Below, piece by piece: positions 40,994 through 52,733 of a DNA stretch of 64,000 nt. The stretch covers positions 22,463 to 86,462 of the forward strand of contig CAVPII010000014.1 in NCBI GenBank assembly GCA_963704945.1. The letters run 5' to 3'. Source of the DNA: an uncultured cyanobacterium (GTDB lineage Bacteria > Cyanobacteriota > Cyanobacteriia > Cyanobacteriales > Microcystaceae). The position numbers and the translations under genes are program-made. Every line of letters begins with the position of its first letter. Positions within the stretch are counted from its first letter, which is position 1. The notes beneath the pieces are model-generated. The model searched no databases. It was given only the letters and a program-made list of their open reading frames with translations, and was not told the DNA's origin.

Positions 40994-43445
40994 TAAAAAT
41001 CCGAAGTGGGCACCTCGTCGTCCGCCGGGGCGATGGGTAAATTGTCAAAACCTTGCAGCAAACCATACACCGCCCAAATGGCCATGGCCCGCAAATAGTG
41101 ACTAGCCCGGAAAGTGCCCACGGCGGTAATAGCTTCTGGGGTACGGAATTGCAAGCCGTTGCTATAGACCTGATTGACCACCGTTTCCGTTAGTTTTAAG
41201 GCTTCATCTTTTTTACCCATTTGGATTAAAAAGGCCGCTAAACCAAAATTAATCCCTGTCCACACTTCCAGGGGATGGGTATCGTTGGCATTTTGGGGAG
41301 AACCATCGGGTAAGAGTCCATTCGCCGCCCCCAGTTCACCGTTAGCAAATTTGAGGAAACAGGTATCGTAAACCTTAGCCAGAGCCTTTTCCGTGTACTG
41401 ATTTTCCACCACATCAGGCAGATTTAACATGCGGGCATAGAACTGGCCACAGAGTTGATCCGCCATCACCACCTTGGAGCCACTCTGACTATCCAAGTTG
41501 TAATATTCCCCATTCCAAAGGGTGTCGTGGTACAAATCCCTGGACTGGGTTAACCAGGTTCTCCATACTTGGCGATCGCCGTTTGGATAGCGGTGGGATC
41601 TAAATCAGCTTGTTGGGGGGGATTGTCCAGTAAATGTTTCCCCATCACCAACGTCGCTTCCAATGCCGCAATCCATAGCCCACCACAATAGGCACTAATG
41701 CCCTGGAGCCGCCAATCGTCAAAGGTTTGATCCGGTGCGCCGGAGTTTTCAGGAATGCCATCATTATCCAGATCAAATTCCTTTAGATAATCCAACGCCG
41801 CCGTAATGCTGGGCCAACATTCCCCTAAAAATTCTTCATCGGCATCCGGTAACAGCAGAAAATCCCGATAGACCAGCAAAACAAAGTCACTGCCTAAATC
41901 CTTCCACAAATTGCAATCCTGGTAAGCCGTGTAATTACTCCTTTCCCAGGGATGTTCATTGGGGGCCCCAAGGTCGTGGGGGGTGGCATTTTTTATTTTA
42001 CGGGGAGCTTGGGAGAGGTTATAGCCAATTACCCGTTCCTTGGGATCTTCGGTGGGAATGGCCCGGGCAAAGGCCAACATCACTGCCTTTTCTAATTTTG
42101 GCCAGTGCATCAGCAAACCAAAAGAACCGTAAAGCCGCACATCTAAGCTTTCATACCAACGGTAATCCATGCATTCACAGACCCCAAACTGACCAACGGG
42201 ATCATTTTCCGTGGCCGCAGTCCATAACGTTCCTCCCTGGGTGAGCAAGTACAACTCATTAAACAGAGACATTTTTAACCAATCCGGCAAACTGGGATTT
42301 TCCAAAATGGGGGCTTGCCAAGCTTGGATTTTTTTGCGCCAGGTATCGCTATGTTTCAAGGCAGTGCGGATCATCGACCAGACATTTTTGCCGTTGCGGC
42401 CGTAAAAGTCCGTATAACGCCGGTAATAGGTCACCCCCTGGGCAAATTCCGTAATGGGTAAATCCCAGGCTAAAAGGAAGGGGATTTTCTTGGTTTTTCC
42501 TGGTCGCACCGTAAAGCGTAAACAGATAGCCCCGGCAATTTGTTCCCCCGGTTCCGCCGCAGTTTCGTCTTGAATATCCGGCAAAGATCCATTACCCGCA
42601 AAACAGTCCCACACTTCCGAGCCGTCCCCACTGGGGTTCCAACGGTTATGGTAAAACACTTCCACGCTGGGATTGCTGACGCTGGCGATGCACATCTGCC
42701 CTTCCCCTTCCCGGAGAGCGTCATGGGGTTGCACCCGGTTAAATAAACAACCCACCCGAAAACCGTCCTGGATCCATTGGTTAAAGTTGCCCGTACTGTC
42801 CCCCCACCGGGGTTGATATTCATATTCTGGGCTACCGTCATCCCGCAATTTGACCGTGGGGGATTTGATGGCATTGGTGAACCAACCGACGGTGTTTTGC
42901 CAGGTGAGCATGATGCCCAGGGTAATGGGTTTATCGGTGGGGTTATGGATAGTCCAGTCAAAAACCGCCAGGGGATAGCTACTTTCCTGATAATTCCCCC
43001 CCCACACCGGAGAAAATTGCTCGCAAATTAATTCACTTTTAAATACCCCTTGGTATTCGTACCAACTGCGGGGATAAAGGGCGCTGTATTCTCCTTTTTC
43101 CTTGGGATACCATCGCCAACGGCCTAAACTGCCATCTTCTGGGGCTTCCGTTCCCAGGGCATAGGCCTGGGCTTCTTCCCCTTCTATCTGTTCGTAAACA
43201 CTGAATTGACAGGCCGGTAAATTTTTAAAAATATGATTACCCCCGTCCAAATGCCAGAGGTTAAAATCTCCCTTTGGCGATCGCCCGATGCAACCCGCCC
43301 CAAATCCCCCTAGGGGCATACCGTGGTCTGGGCCATCGTCGAGGTTACTGGCATAGCGCACAGTGTAGGGTTTTTTCCAATCCTTACCAATGGGTCTGCG
43401 CCAAGCACAGGAGGGAATTTCAGGTTTTTGCACTAACAGGGACAT
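40990..43445 (-). CDS. GH116 family glycoside hydrolase (glucosylceramidase-like), apparent frameshift near 41560
   Basis: GMPLGGFGAG, YESLDVRLY, PHDLG, PDQTFDDW, MADQLCGQ, FRTPEA, YLRAMAIW. Confidence 0.85.
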
Positions 43446-43667
43446 TTGGGGATGGGGGCGGTGGATTGACTGTCTGCATCATGGTAGTCGAAGGAGGGGA
43501 ATGGGGGGAAGGGATGGAGTCTGGTTGTGGGAGCCATGGGGAGTTTTCACTTAGGCCGAGTTGAACTACCGGAGATCAAACCGCAAGTCCCTTGAGCAAA
43601 ATCGGGATGGGGACAGGCTGGGGGATAATGGAAAAGTTGCAATGTGACCAAAGGGAGACAATGAACC

Positions 43668-44603
43668 ATGCGTATCTTGATTATGGGGGGAACCCGTTTT
43701 ATCGGCGTCCATCTCTGCCGGGTGCTGGTGGCCCAAGGTCATGAAGTGGTGCTGTTCAATCGAGGTAATCATCCCGTCCCGGTCAATGGGGTGGCCCAAA
43801 TCCATGGCGATCGCCGGGATCCGGAACAGTTGCAAACGAAATTAGCCAAGGAAGAATTCGACGTCATTTTCGACAACAATGGCCGGGAATTGAGCGATAC
43901 CCAACCCCTGGTGGACTTGTACAACGGCAAGGTTAAACAATTTGTTTACGTTAGTTCCGCCGGAGTGTACCAAGCTTCTTCCCAAATGCCCCACCGGGAA
44001 ACCGATGCCGTGGATCCCCACAGTCGCCACAAGGGCAAATTTGAAACGGAACGTTACCTAGCCCAGAGCGGTATCCCCTGGACTTCTATTCGTCCCACCT
44101 ATATTTATGGCCCCCACAATTACAACGCCCTGGAATCCTGGTTTTTTGACCGGCTGGTGCGGGGTCGAGCCATCCCTATCCCCGGCAACGGTCAGTACAT
44201 TACCCAACTAGGCCATGTGGAAGATTTGGCGATCGCCATGGCCAAAACTTTAGTCACCCCAGAGGCGATCGGGCAGATTTACAATATTTCCGGCGATCGT
44301 TACGTCACCATGGACGGCCTAGCCCAGGCCTGTGCCAGCGCGGCGGGCCTCGATCCCCAGGGGATTAAATTAGTTCACTATAATCCCAAGGATTTTGACT
44401 TTGGTAAACGGAAAGCTTTTCCCCTGCGCCAGCAACACTTTTTTGCAGATATTGAAAAAGCTAAATCCCAACTAGATTGGCATCCCAACTATGACTTGGT
44501 GGAAGGCTTAAAAAATAGTTTCCAACTGGATTATCTAGTTTCCAGCAAAGGAGAAGAAAAGGTAGATTTCGATCTAGATGAACAAATATTAGCTTTTAGC
44601 TGA
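43668..44603 (+). CDS. NAD-dependent epimerase/dehydratase family (CSP41-like RNA-binding protein)
   Basis: GGTRFIG, FDNNGRE, SSAGVY, SRHKGK, KAFPLRQQHFFA. Confidence 0.8.
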   Translation: MRILIMGGTRFIGVHLCRVLVAQGHEVVLFNRGNHPVPVNGVAQIHGDRRDPEQLQTKLAKEEFDVIFDNNGRELSDTQPLVDLYNGKVKQFVYVSSAGVYQASSQMPHRETDAVDPHSRHKGKFETERYLAQSGIPWTSIRPTYIYGPHNYNALESWFFDRLVRGRAIPIPGNGQYITQLGHVEDLAIAMAKTLVTPEAIGQIYNISGDRYVTMDGLAQACASAAGLDPQGIKLVHYNPKDFDFGKRKAFPLRQQHFFADIEKAKSQLDWHPNYDLVEGLKNSFQLDYLVSSKGEEKVDFDLDEQILAFS

Positions 44604-44972
44604 GTGGAAAATTAAACGATTTCCCGCCGGGTCATAGCCATAAATTTCCCGGCCATGGCTAGCAATGACCATACTCTCCCGATCAAAGGATGGATCAAGC
44701 TTCGTCATTCTGGCGATCGCCATTTCCAGATCTTCCACTTCCAGGCAGAGACTAAAACCACTATTTTGAGACTGGGAAAATTCCCCTGCGTGGCTAGGCT
44801 GGGGGGAAAATATACCTAAAACCATCCCGGGTAACTGAAATTCTGCGTACCGTTCCGGGGAATACGGCTGAGGTTTTTGTTGCAAAAGATTTTGATAAAA
44901 ATCCACCACCTCAGTAAAATTTGTCGCACCAATGGTCAGAAAAGCTTGTTTAAAAAGATCCATCATTACCAT
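44589..44972 (-). CDS. VOC/glyoxalase family protein
   Basis: FYQNLL, YAEF, LCLEVEDL, YGYDPAGNRL. Confidence 0.8.
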   Translation of the reverse strand: MVMMDLFKQAFLTIGATNFTEVVDFYQNLLQQKPQPYSPERYAEFQLPGMVLGIFSPQPSHAGEFSQSQNSGFSLCLEVEDLEMAIARMTKLDPSFDRESMVIASHGREIYGYDPAGNRLIFHSAKS

Positions 44973-45038
44973 TTCCTTTAAAAAGATTGTGGCCGCTAGT
45001 TTGTTATGAATTCGACTGAATGCTATGAATGCATAAGC

Positions 45039-48000
45039 TCAAGCCTTGTTATTTTCTTCCAGGGGGCTAAGATGGTTTTCATGGTAATCACTTAATATTT
45101 TTTCTGATATTTCCACGGGTATACATCCCCCAGAAATTTTAATCTGGCTAATAATTTCTCTATAGGCAGAGGCATATTTTAACTGGGATGATTTACCCAA
45201 AATGATTAAAAAGTTTCTTGCCCTCGAAATACTAACCAATAGCTTGCGATCAGTTTGCTTTTGATCATAGTCAGCAATGCTTTGGATATTTTTGATTTGC
45301 TTAGACCAAGAAATGGTGGTTGAAAAAATAATTAATTCCCGCTCATCCCCTTGGTATCTTTCCACCGTATCAACAACCAATTCCTGGGTTTGGTCAGAAT
45401 TCCCCGGAAAATGTTGGTCAATTTGTTTTTTTATTTCCGCAACCTGGGCTCGAAAGGGAGCAATAATACCAATTTCCTTAGACTCTAAAATCTTATTTAC
45501 TATCAATAATTTAGTAATAAAAGCAATAATAATAGCTTCATTGGTATCCTTCTGTTGGATGTTCAATTCTGAAGGGGTTTCTATGAAAATAGTTCTGCTA
45601 TTGTTTAATTTGTCAAGCAAGTAATTATCTGTCAGTTTATATGGGCTGTAAATATCATTTTGTCTGGGTTGTTGATGCTTAAGTTCTTGGTCATAGTGGG
45701 CTGAAATCAACGCCGCTATATCCTTGTGCATACGGTAATGTTCCGTTAATTGACCAAAACAGTGGTGCCATTCCTTAGCATTAGCATTCCTAATTAATCT
45801 CTCAAATAGGGACATTCTAAAATCAACAATATCTATAGAATATTTTGCAAATTCATCAACTTTAACCATACATTCTTTGTTGTTTTGAGTTATCACTGCT
45901 GGCAATTGTTTTTGGTCTCCAATCAGCACGAACTTGTTAAATAAAGCTAAAATTCCTGCAATATCTGCCTCTGTCAGTTGAGACGCTTCATCAATTACTA
46001 ATTGATCAAAAGTGCCCACAAATTCTTTTAGCAATAAATACCTGTCCTTAAAGGTTGAAACCGTAGTCACAAAAACTTGATTATTTTCTAAAACATTACG
46101 CCATTCATCGGCATTATCTCCCTTTAATTTTTCTGCCGCTAAATTTTCATCTACTATATTTTTATTACCCAAACGCATATAGTCAATTTTGCTACCATGC
46201 CTAGGGTTATTAAAAGCCTTACATATTTGTTCCACTGCCTTGTTAGTAAAGGCTAAAATGAAAATATTTTCTTTGCCAAACTCAATTAACTTCCGTACGT
46301 AATTTACTAAAAAAATACTGGTTTTTCCCGTGCCAGGGGGACCCTGGAGTAGATAATAATTTTTTGCCCTAAGAGCTTCGTGAATAATTTGGTTTTGGCG
46401 ATCGGTTAAATGGTCATTTGATTCATACTGTATATTGTCAAGTTTGGGCTCCAAATGCCCTAGTAATAATTGCTTTCTTTCCATGGAGCAAGAGAGCAAT
46501 TCCAATAAACAAGCAATACTACTCCAATAATTACGCTCGAAAATATCTGGCTCCAATGCCCAAATTTGATACTGCTCAATAAATGAATAATCTGTTTGCT
46601 TATTGAAGAGCGATATCAAAATATTTCCTTGATCTATTTCTTTAATAGAACCCTTAAAAATGTGTTGTCTGAGGGGATCGTAACTATCGGCAATCTTAGG
46701 GTAGATAATAACCATATCCCCTGAACGGAAAGCATGGGCAATGTCCCGTCGAAGAACTTGAAAAGTAATGTAACTTTTTGCTTTATCAATGGTGCTTATT
46801 TTTAGATCATAAATTAGTCGATAATTTTTCTCCTTATTGGCAAAATTATCTAGCCATAAGCTGGAAAATCCCGAAGAAGAATGATGTTGGTCTTCTGCCT
46901 CCGATTGATATTGTTCGGATGTTTTACTATTGATTAACTCCCGCAGAGTAAAGGCAAGCAATTGTTGATAGTAGCTGGTAGTTAGCCGCCCCGGTTGATA
47001 ATTTTGCTGAAAGCGCTGTAACCGTCGTCGATTATATTCTGGTAGTTCTGTAATACCATTAATTTTAAGATTGTCTAAACTGCAGAAATTACCTTTAGCC
47101 AGTTGATAGATTTTAGTGACAATTTCATTTCTTATTTTAAGTAAATCATGCTTTTCTTTATACTCACTAACAATATTTCTACGGGGCTTATCTGATTTTG
47201 AATAGAATATTTCATTGGTACCTTGATATTTTTCATAGGTACTTTCCAACATCATATTATAGGCAACTACTTGCATTTTATGATTTTTCCATTCCCGACC
47301 GGGATAGGGAGCGGTACCACTTTTCAATTCAACAATATCTTTAGATCCCCCCTTACTAATAGTTAGTAAATCAAGGCGACCCTGTAGCCCATAGGTTTGG
47401 GAAAAAAATGTTGGCTCAATCCAAAGACTTAGGTCTTTTTGCCTTAATAAATAAACTAATTGATTAATGTTTGTAAAATGTTCATCGTAGATTGATTTTT
47501 TGATATTTTCCATTTCATCCTCCCCCAAATAGGCAGATTTAAGGGCATTAGACTTTTTGTAATCTTTAAAAATTTGTTCATAATTTATTTGCTTATTTCT
47601 GATTAATTCGTCTAAGTAATGCCCTACCATACTGCCTTTAAGGGCTGGGGAGCCAGCTAAATCTGCTACCAATTTGCCCAAAAAGAAAAGGTCACTACTA
47701 GTATTCTTATTGCTAAAACATTCGCTGATGGCACTAGCATCAACCAAAAAATCCGGTTCAATTGTTAATAGTGAATTGGCTTGAGCTTTGTATTTATTGT
47801 TATCAACATAAGCCAAGTTATGGCAATAAATTAATGAGTCTTTTGTTAATAACTCTTTTAAGTAAAATAAATGGGATGCATCGGATTTATAAATATCAAT
47901 GCAGATTTTTGATTCTAGATTATCTAGGTCAAAACAATGAAATCTAATAAAATTTCTATTTGGATCTATGGTGTTGCTGACATACAGTAATTTTAAATCT

Positions 48001-48428
48001 TTTAACTCAGAATATATTTTCTGCTTAGCTAGGCTTACAAAATACTGATTATTATATTTCTGATCGTCAATTACACCGGATAACAAGTCGGGTTTCTCAA
48101 TTGCTCCAAGACACAATTTTGAAATTAATAAAATCCCTTGTTGAATGGATTCTTGACTAATTTTCTCAGAAAAACCTCTACGAATAAATTTACGAAAGGC
48201 ATCAAAATTGCTTCTCTCTTGTTCGGAAAGATCACTGATTGTTATAAAGTATCTAAATCTAGCATAGAAGTTTCTAAATACTATTGCCTCCCCTTCTACA
48301 AATATCTCGATGAATTTATAAAATATTCTAGATATTGAATAAAAATCATCTTTTAAGTTGGATGAGGATTGAACAATTAACTTTAATTCCTGGTATATTT
48401 CGGCAATCTTGTTATTGTCAACCATCAA
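45039..48428 (-). CDS. Dna2-like PD-(D/E)XK nuclease fused to an SF1 (Upf1/Dna2) helicase
   Basis: Nuclease motifs IEPTF, GLQGRLDLL, IVELKSG, Q...Y. Helicase motifs QGPPGTGKT, IDEASQ, GDQKQL, YRMH, IAPFRAQ, TVERYQG, SRAR. Strongly AT-rich. Confidence 0.85.
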   Translation of the reverse strand: MMVDNNKIAEIYQELKLIVQSSSNLKDDFYSISRIFYKFIEIFVEGEAIVFRNFYARFRYFITISDLSEQERSNFDAFRKFIRRGFSEKISQESIQQGILLISKLCLGAIEKPDLLSGVIDDQKYNNQYFVSLAKQKIYSELKDLKLLYVSNTIDPNRNFIRFHCFDLDNLESKICIDIYKSDASHLFYLKELLTKDSLIYCHNLAYVDNNKYKAQANSLLTIEPDFLVDASAISECFSNKNTSSDLFFLGKLVADLAGSPALKGSMVGHYLDELIRNKQINYEQIFKDYKKSNALKSAYLGEDEMENIKKSIYDEHFTNINQLVYLLRQKDLSLWIEPTFFSQTYGLQGRLDLLTISKGGSKDIVELKSGTAPYPGREWKNHKMQVVAYNMMLESTYEKYQGTNEIFYSKSDKPRRNIVSEYKEKHDLLKIRNEIVTKIYQLAKGNFCSLDNLKINGITELPEYNRRRLQRFQQNYQPGRLTTSYYQQLLAFTLRELINSKTSEQYQSEAEDQHHSSSGFSSLWLDNFANKEKNYRLIYDLKISTIDKAKSYITFQVLRRDIAHAFRSGDMVIIYPKIADSYDPLRQHIFKGSIKEIDQGNILISLFNKQTDYSFIEQYQIWALEPDIFERNYWSSIACLLELLSCSMERKQLLLGHLEPKLDNIQYESNDHLTDRQNQIIHEALRAKNYYLLQGPPGTGKTSIFLVNYVRKLIEFGKENIFILAFTNKAVEQICKAFNNPRHGSKIDYMRLGNKNIVDENLAAEKLKGDNADEWRNVLENNQVFVTTVSTFKDRYLLLKEFVGTFDQLVIDEASQLTEADIAGILALFNKFVLIGDQKQLPAVITQNNKECMVKVDEFAKYSIDIVDFRMSLFERLIRNANAKEWHHCFGQLTEHYRMHKDIAALISAHYDQELKHQQPRQNDIYSPYKLTDNYLLDKLNNSRTIFIETPSELNIQQKDTNEAIIIAFITKLLIVNKILESKEIGIIAPFRAQVAEIKKQIDQHFPGNSDQTQELVVDTVERYQGDERELIIFSTTISWSKQIKNIQSIADYDQKQTDRKLLVSISRARNFLIILGKSSQLKYASAYREIISQIKISGGCIPVEISEKILSDYHENHLSPLEENNKA

Positions 48429-48482
48429 TGATATTTAGGGCAAAGGATTAGTTTAGATATTTTTCTTGTTTACCTTCGGCGA

Positions 48483-50003
48483 TTAATCAAAGGCGTTATA
48501 TATGTTTGTGAAGTTACCAAAACCACCAAGCAATACACCAATGGGACTAAAGAGTTCCCTCAAAGTATCCGTGGCTTTGGTTAAGCCGCTGGTATTGACT
48601 AAAACCACGTCATTATTCCGTAAAGTTGGATTTTTATCTGAACTAATGTTTAAGCTAAAGTCCGGGGCAATATTAAGCTTAGTTACCGTTCCGTTGGGAT
48701 TTAAACGAATTAGATCAACGCTAGTTTGATTGGCCCGTATGGGGTCAAAGGAACCAGCCGCTAAAATTGCTTGGTTAAGGGTAGAGTTGGGTTGCAGTTG
48801 AATTGCTCCTCCCCGTCGCACTTCCCCAACTACGTTAACGGTGATAGTGCGGGGAGAAAAGTTAGCGGTGGCTATAGCTTCAAATTCTTCCGGGTTCTGT
48901 TCTGTCTGCCTGGGGAACGGTTATGACATCACCGTTTTGTAGGATTACATCTTTATCCAAATTCCCTTCATCTAGAAGTTCCCAAAGGTTAACCACTATC
49001 AATTCGAAGTTGCCATCTCGGTTTTCTCGACGAACTTCGACGTTGCGGATATCTGCCTGGGATTTGATGCCGCCAGCTTCTTGGATAGCTTGGGTGAGAC
49101 GAATCGGTTGGGTATTTTGTACGTCTGAGTTCGACACCACTACTACCTACCACCACCAACTTCTGCAAGATTTGAGGCCCGAATGGCGGGGGAAAGTTTA
49201 TAGGAACCAGGGCGGAAGATTTCCCCGATGACGGCCACATTAATTTCCTGCTCAAAACGAATACCAAAGTTTGCATCCACCAGTTGTCTGACTTCCCTTG
49301 GATCGGTGGCAGTTTTACTGGGGATTACTACGACATCACCATCTCTCATGGTGACGTTTTGTTGGGAATTACCTTCTCTTAAAAGTTGCCAGAGGTTAAT
49401 GCTATAAATCTCTTCTGAGACTCCTTTTTGGCGGCGGAGTTGTACCCGGCTAATGTCAGAAACGGGGGTTAGCCCTCCAGCCTGCTGAATTAACTGGGTC
49501 AGGGTGGGAAATTTTTGTCCACCCTCGATCGCCAGGGCATAGGCTCCCGGGGAATTAACTTCACCGGCAAGGGTAATGTTGAGGGGACGGGGGACTGTCA
49601 GGATAACGGTTACAAGGGGGTGACGGATATATTTTGCGTACTGCTTGATCAACAATTGATTTAAATCGGGTACGGTCAGATTGTTGACATTAATGGTACC
49701 GATGAGGGGAAAGCCTACCGTACCATCGACCAGAACCTGGTATTCCCCGGATAACCCTTCCACTTGCAATACGTCTACCCTCAGGCGATCGCCAGGGCCG
49801 AGGGTATATTCCCCATCGGTGGGCAGTCTGGAAGGAGCATTTTGGGGATTAATTTGCCCAAACTGACTAGGGGAAGGCCCCCCAATCTGCGCGGAAGCAA
49901 TGGGGGGAAACAAACCTAAATAAGCCACCGCAGTACCTAACACCATACTGGTAAGTCGAAGGGAAACGGACTTTGGGGGAACAATCAGGTTAAAACGGGA
50001 CAT
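48483..50003 (-). CDS. polysaccharide export protein (Wza/OPX, SLBB repeats), two apparent indels (near 48890 and 49145)
   Basis: YTLGPGDRLRV, DGTVGFPLIG, GEVNSPG, LTQAIQEAGG, LQNGDVITVP across three ORFs. Confidence 0.8.
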
Positions 50004-50177
50004 ACTGCTCCAAATACGAACAAAATAAACGGGGGGACTCTGCTATCAAAGAAACCATCATGCCTGATTTAGTTTCCGATCGCCAAGATGGCCCGGACAA
50101 TGACAAGGACTTGGGCATATTATGGCAAATGTCTGGATGGAAATTTAGAGCACCCTCGAAAAAAATCTCCAAAACCT

Positions 50178-50441
50178 ATGGCCCGTAAACAAAAATTCCC
50201 CCATCTCCTTGGCTCCAAATGGACAGCCCAACAAAAAACCTGGGGGTGGCGACATTTTCAGGTAGCTAATCGACGGACAGAAGGCCCCTGGATATTTGCC
50301 GAAATGGTGGCCAGTTGTGATCCCCAGGTACGATTTTGGCTCAATGCCCAACAGTTAAAAGATGATGCCCTCTGGCGATCGGGATGGCAACCGCTACAGG
50401 CCATGGGGGAAGATGACGATGGGCAAATAAAGTTAAAATGA
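50178..50441 (+). CDS. tryptophan-rich conserved protein (TIGR02450-like)
   Basis: LLGSKWTA..GWRHFQV..W.SGW pattern. Confidence 0.75.
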   Translation: MARKQKFPHLLGSKWTAQQKTWGWRHFQVANRRTEGPWIFAEMVASCDPQVRFWLNAQQLKDDALWRSGWQPLQAMGEDDDGQIKLK

Positions 50442-50517
50442 CCTGCAGGTAAGCAAAAAACACCCGTTTCCCCCGTCTTTCCCGAAAAATTTTAGCGTTA
50501 ACAATATTAATAAAATT

Positions 50518-51267
50518 ATGACCCTTGCCGTTCCCCAAACCATTGATGATGCCGTCATCGAGGCGATCGCCGCCGCGAAACGGGCCCTAGACGATGGTTA
50601 CCGTCGCATCCAGGTGGAATTGGCAGTACCGGAAATTGCCCTCCAGGCCCAGGCCATAGCCTTAGAATTCAGCCAGTTATTTGTTGATGAAGGATTGGGG
50701 TTGCGGGTGATTTTTCCCGACACTGGAGCCGCCGCCTTGGCCAAACGGGATTGGGGGGAAGTACCTTTCCTGATGGGGGACTTAGGCAGTCGTTACACCC
50801 CGGTGGAACGGAAAATTGCCGACTCCGATGGGGTTTTCCTGGTGGTGTCCCCCTCCGCCGTTGAAGTGCAAAGTGTGGAAAAACTTTGTGAATTGGCCGG
50901 CGATCGCCCGGTGATTTTACTGATTCCCCAATTGGAAGATGTCTCAATTGTGGGCATTGGCTATGCGGCCCGGCAACTACGGCAACGGTTTTTAAGTACC
51001 CTCTTCACCGCCTACTATTTCCGTCCCTTAGATGGGGCAGTGGTGTTGCGATCCCACCCATCCCTGTGGCAAGTGTTATTGGAAAAGAGGGATGGCTATG
51101 AATTATTGACGGAATTGCCCGAAAAACCTGCGGGGGAAGCCCTGGAACGTTTACTGATGGAAGGGACAAATCCCTCCGATAGTAGTGGAGAAACCTCCAG
51201 TCCTGGCCCCAAACGGGGGGGCATCATGGCCAACCTAAACCGTTTTCTCAAAGCCCTGAGCCAGTAG
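50518..51267 (+). CDS. DUF1995 family protein
   Basis: FPDTGAAALAKRDW and LEDVSIVGIGYAARQLR. Confidence 0.75.
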   Translation: MTLAVPQTIDDAVIEAIAAAKRALDDGYRRIQVELAVPEIALQAQAIALEFSQLFVDEGLGLRVIFPDTGAAALAKRDWGEVPFLMGDLGSRYTPVERKIADSDGVFLVVSPSAVEVQSVEKLCELAGDRPVILLIPQLEDVSIVGIGYAARQLRQRFLSTLFTAYYFRPLDGAVVLRSHPSLWQVLLEKRDGYELLTELPEKPAGEALERLLMEGTNPSDSSGETSSPGPKRGGIMANLNRFLKALSQ

Positions 51268-51351
51268 TTTAGATACCGCCCCCAAGCATTAAACTGTATG
51301 GGGTTAGTTTTTAATGATCGAAAAATTTCAAAATTGTAAGAGAGTTGGTTC

Positions 51352-52644
51352 GTGTTAGACCTGAAGCAAATTCGTGAAAATCCCACCGCTGTCCAAGCCC
51401 GCCTCAATCAACGGGGCAGTGGTGCCAATTATGTCCTCGATCCCATCCTGGCGATCGCCGATGGGCAAAAAGCAAAGGAAAGTGAACGAACCCTTCTGCA
51501 AAGTCGTAGCAACGAAATTGGTAAATTAATTGGGCAAAAAATTGGCCAAGGAGCAGATCCCAAGGGGGAAGAAATTCAAGCCCTGCGGGAAGAAGGTAAT
51601 AGTTTAAAAAGCCAGTTAGCGGAGTTGGAGCCCCAGGAAAAAGCCCTCAAGGAGCAGTTACAAAATTTGTTACTGGAACTGCCCAATCTACCCTGTGAAA
51701 CTACCCCGGTGGGGGCCAACGAAACAGAAAACGTAGAAGTACGACGTTGGGGAAATGAACATTTAAAACATAAAAGTGAAGGAATTTTACCCCATTGGGA
51801 AATTGGTGAAAAATTAGGAATTATTGATAGTGAAAGGGCAGTAAAAGTAGCCCAAAGTCGCTTCATTGCCCTGATGGGAACCGGCGCCGCCCTGGAAAGA
51901 GCTTTAATTAATTTCATGCTCGATCGCCACATTGGAGTTGGTTACCAGGAGATTATGCCCCCCATTTTGGTCAACAGTGATTCTTTACTGGGCACAGGGC
52001 AGTTACCAAAGTTTGCGGAAGAAAGCTTTCAATGCCGGGAAGACGATCTCTGGCTAATTCCCACGGCAGAAGTGCCGGTGACTAATCTCTATCGAGAAGA
52101 AATCCTAGACCTAGACCAATTGCCCCTTAAACACTGTGCCTATACCCCCTGTTTCCGTCGGGAAGCGGGTAGTTACGGCCGGGACACCAAGGGTTTAATT
52201 CGTCTCCATCAATTCAACAAAGTGGAGTTGGTGAAGTTGGTCAAACCAGAGACATCGGCGATGGAACACCAAGCTTTAGTGGCCGATGCGGAAGCTATTC
52301 TCCAAGCCCTGGAACTACCTTACCGAGTGGTGGAACTCTGCACCGGGGACCTAGGCTTTGGGGCGGCGAAATGCTATGACCTGGAAGTCTGGTTACCGGC
52401 CGCTGATACCTATCGGGAAATTTCTAGCTGTTCTAATTTCCATGATTTCCAGGCCCGTCGGGCTAATATTCGCTACAAAGAAAAAGGCAAAAAGGGAACC
52501 CAATTTGTCCACACCCTCAACGGCTCCGGTTTGGCGATCGGGCGCACCATGGCCGCCATTTTAGAAAATTACTACGATCCCAGCACAGGCCAAGTAAAAG
52601 TGCCCGCCGCTTTACAAAGTTTTCTTAAAAAGGACTATTTATAA
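51352..52644 (+). CDS. serS: serine--tRNA ligase
   Basis: [47 protein letters not shown]. Confidence 0.97.
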   Translation: MLDLKQIRENPTAVQARLNQRGSGANYVLDPILAIADGQKAKESERTLLQSRSNEIGKLIGQKIGQGADPKGEEIQALREEGNSLKSQLAELEPQEKALKEQLQNLLLELPNLPCETTPVGANETENVEVRRWGNEHLKHKSEGILPHWEIGEKLGIIDSERAVKVAQSRFIALMGTGAALERALINFMLDRHIGVGYQEIMPPILVNSDSLLGTGQLPKFAEESFQCREDDLWLIPTAEVPVTNLYREEILDLDQLPLKHCAYTPCFRREAGSYGRDTKGLIRLHQFNKVELVKLVKPETSAMEHQALVADAEAILQALELPYRVVELCTGDLGFGAAKCYDLEVWLPAADTYREISSCSNFHDFQARRANIRYKEKGKKGTQFVHTLNGSGLAIGRTMAAILENYYDPSTGQVKVPAALQSFLKKDYL

Positions 52645-52733
52645 AATTTGGGCTGCTCAACCCGGTCCAGACCTAATCCAGAAACCTTGAATACTGAACT
52701 TTTGAGCTTTTTTTCTGCCGCCGAAAGGTAAGG

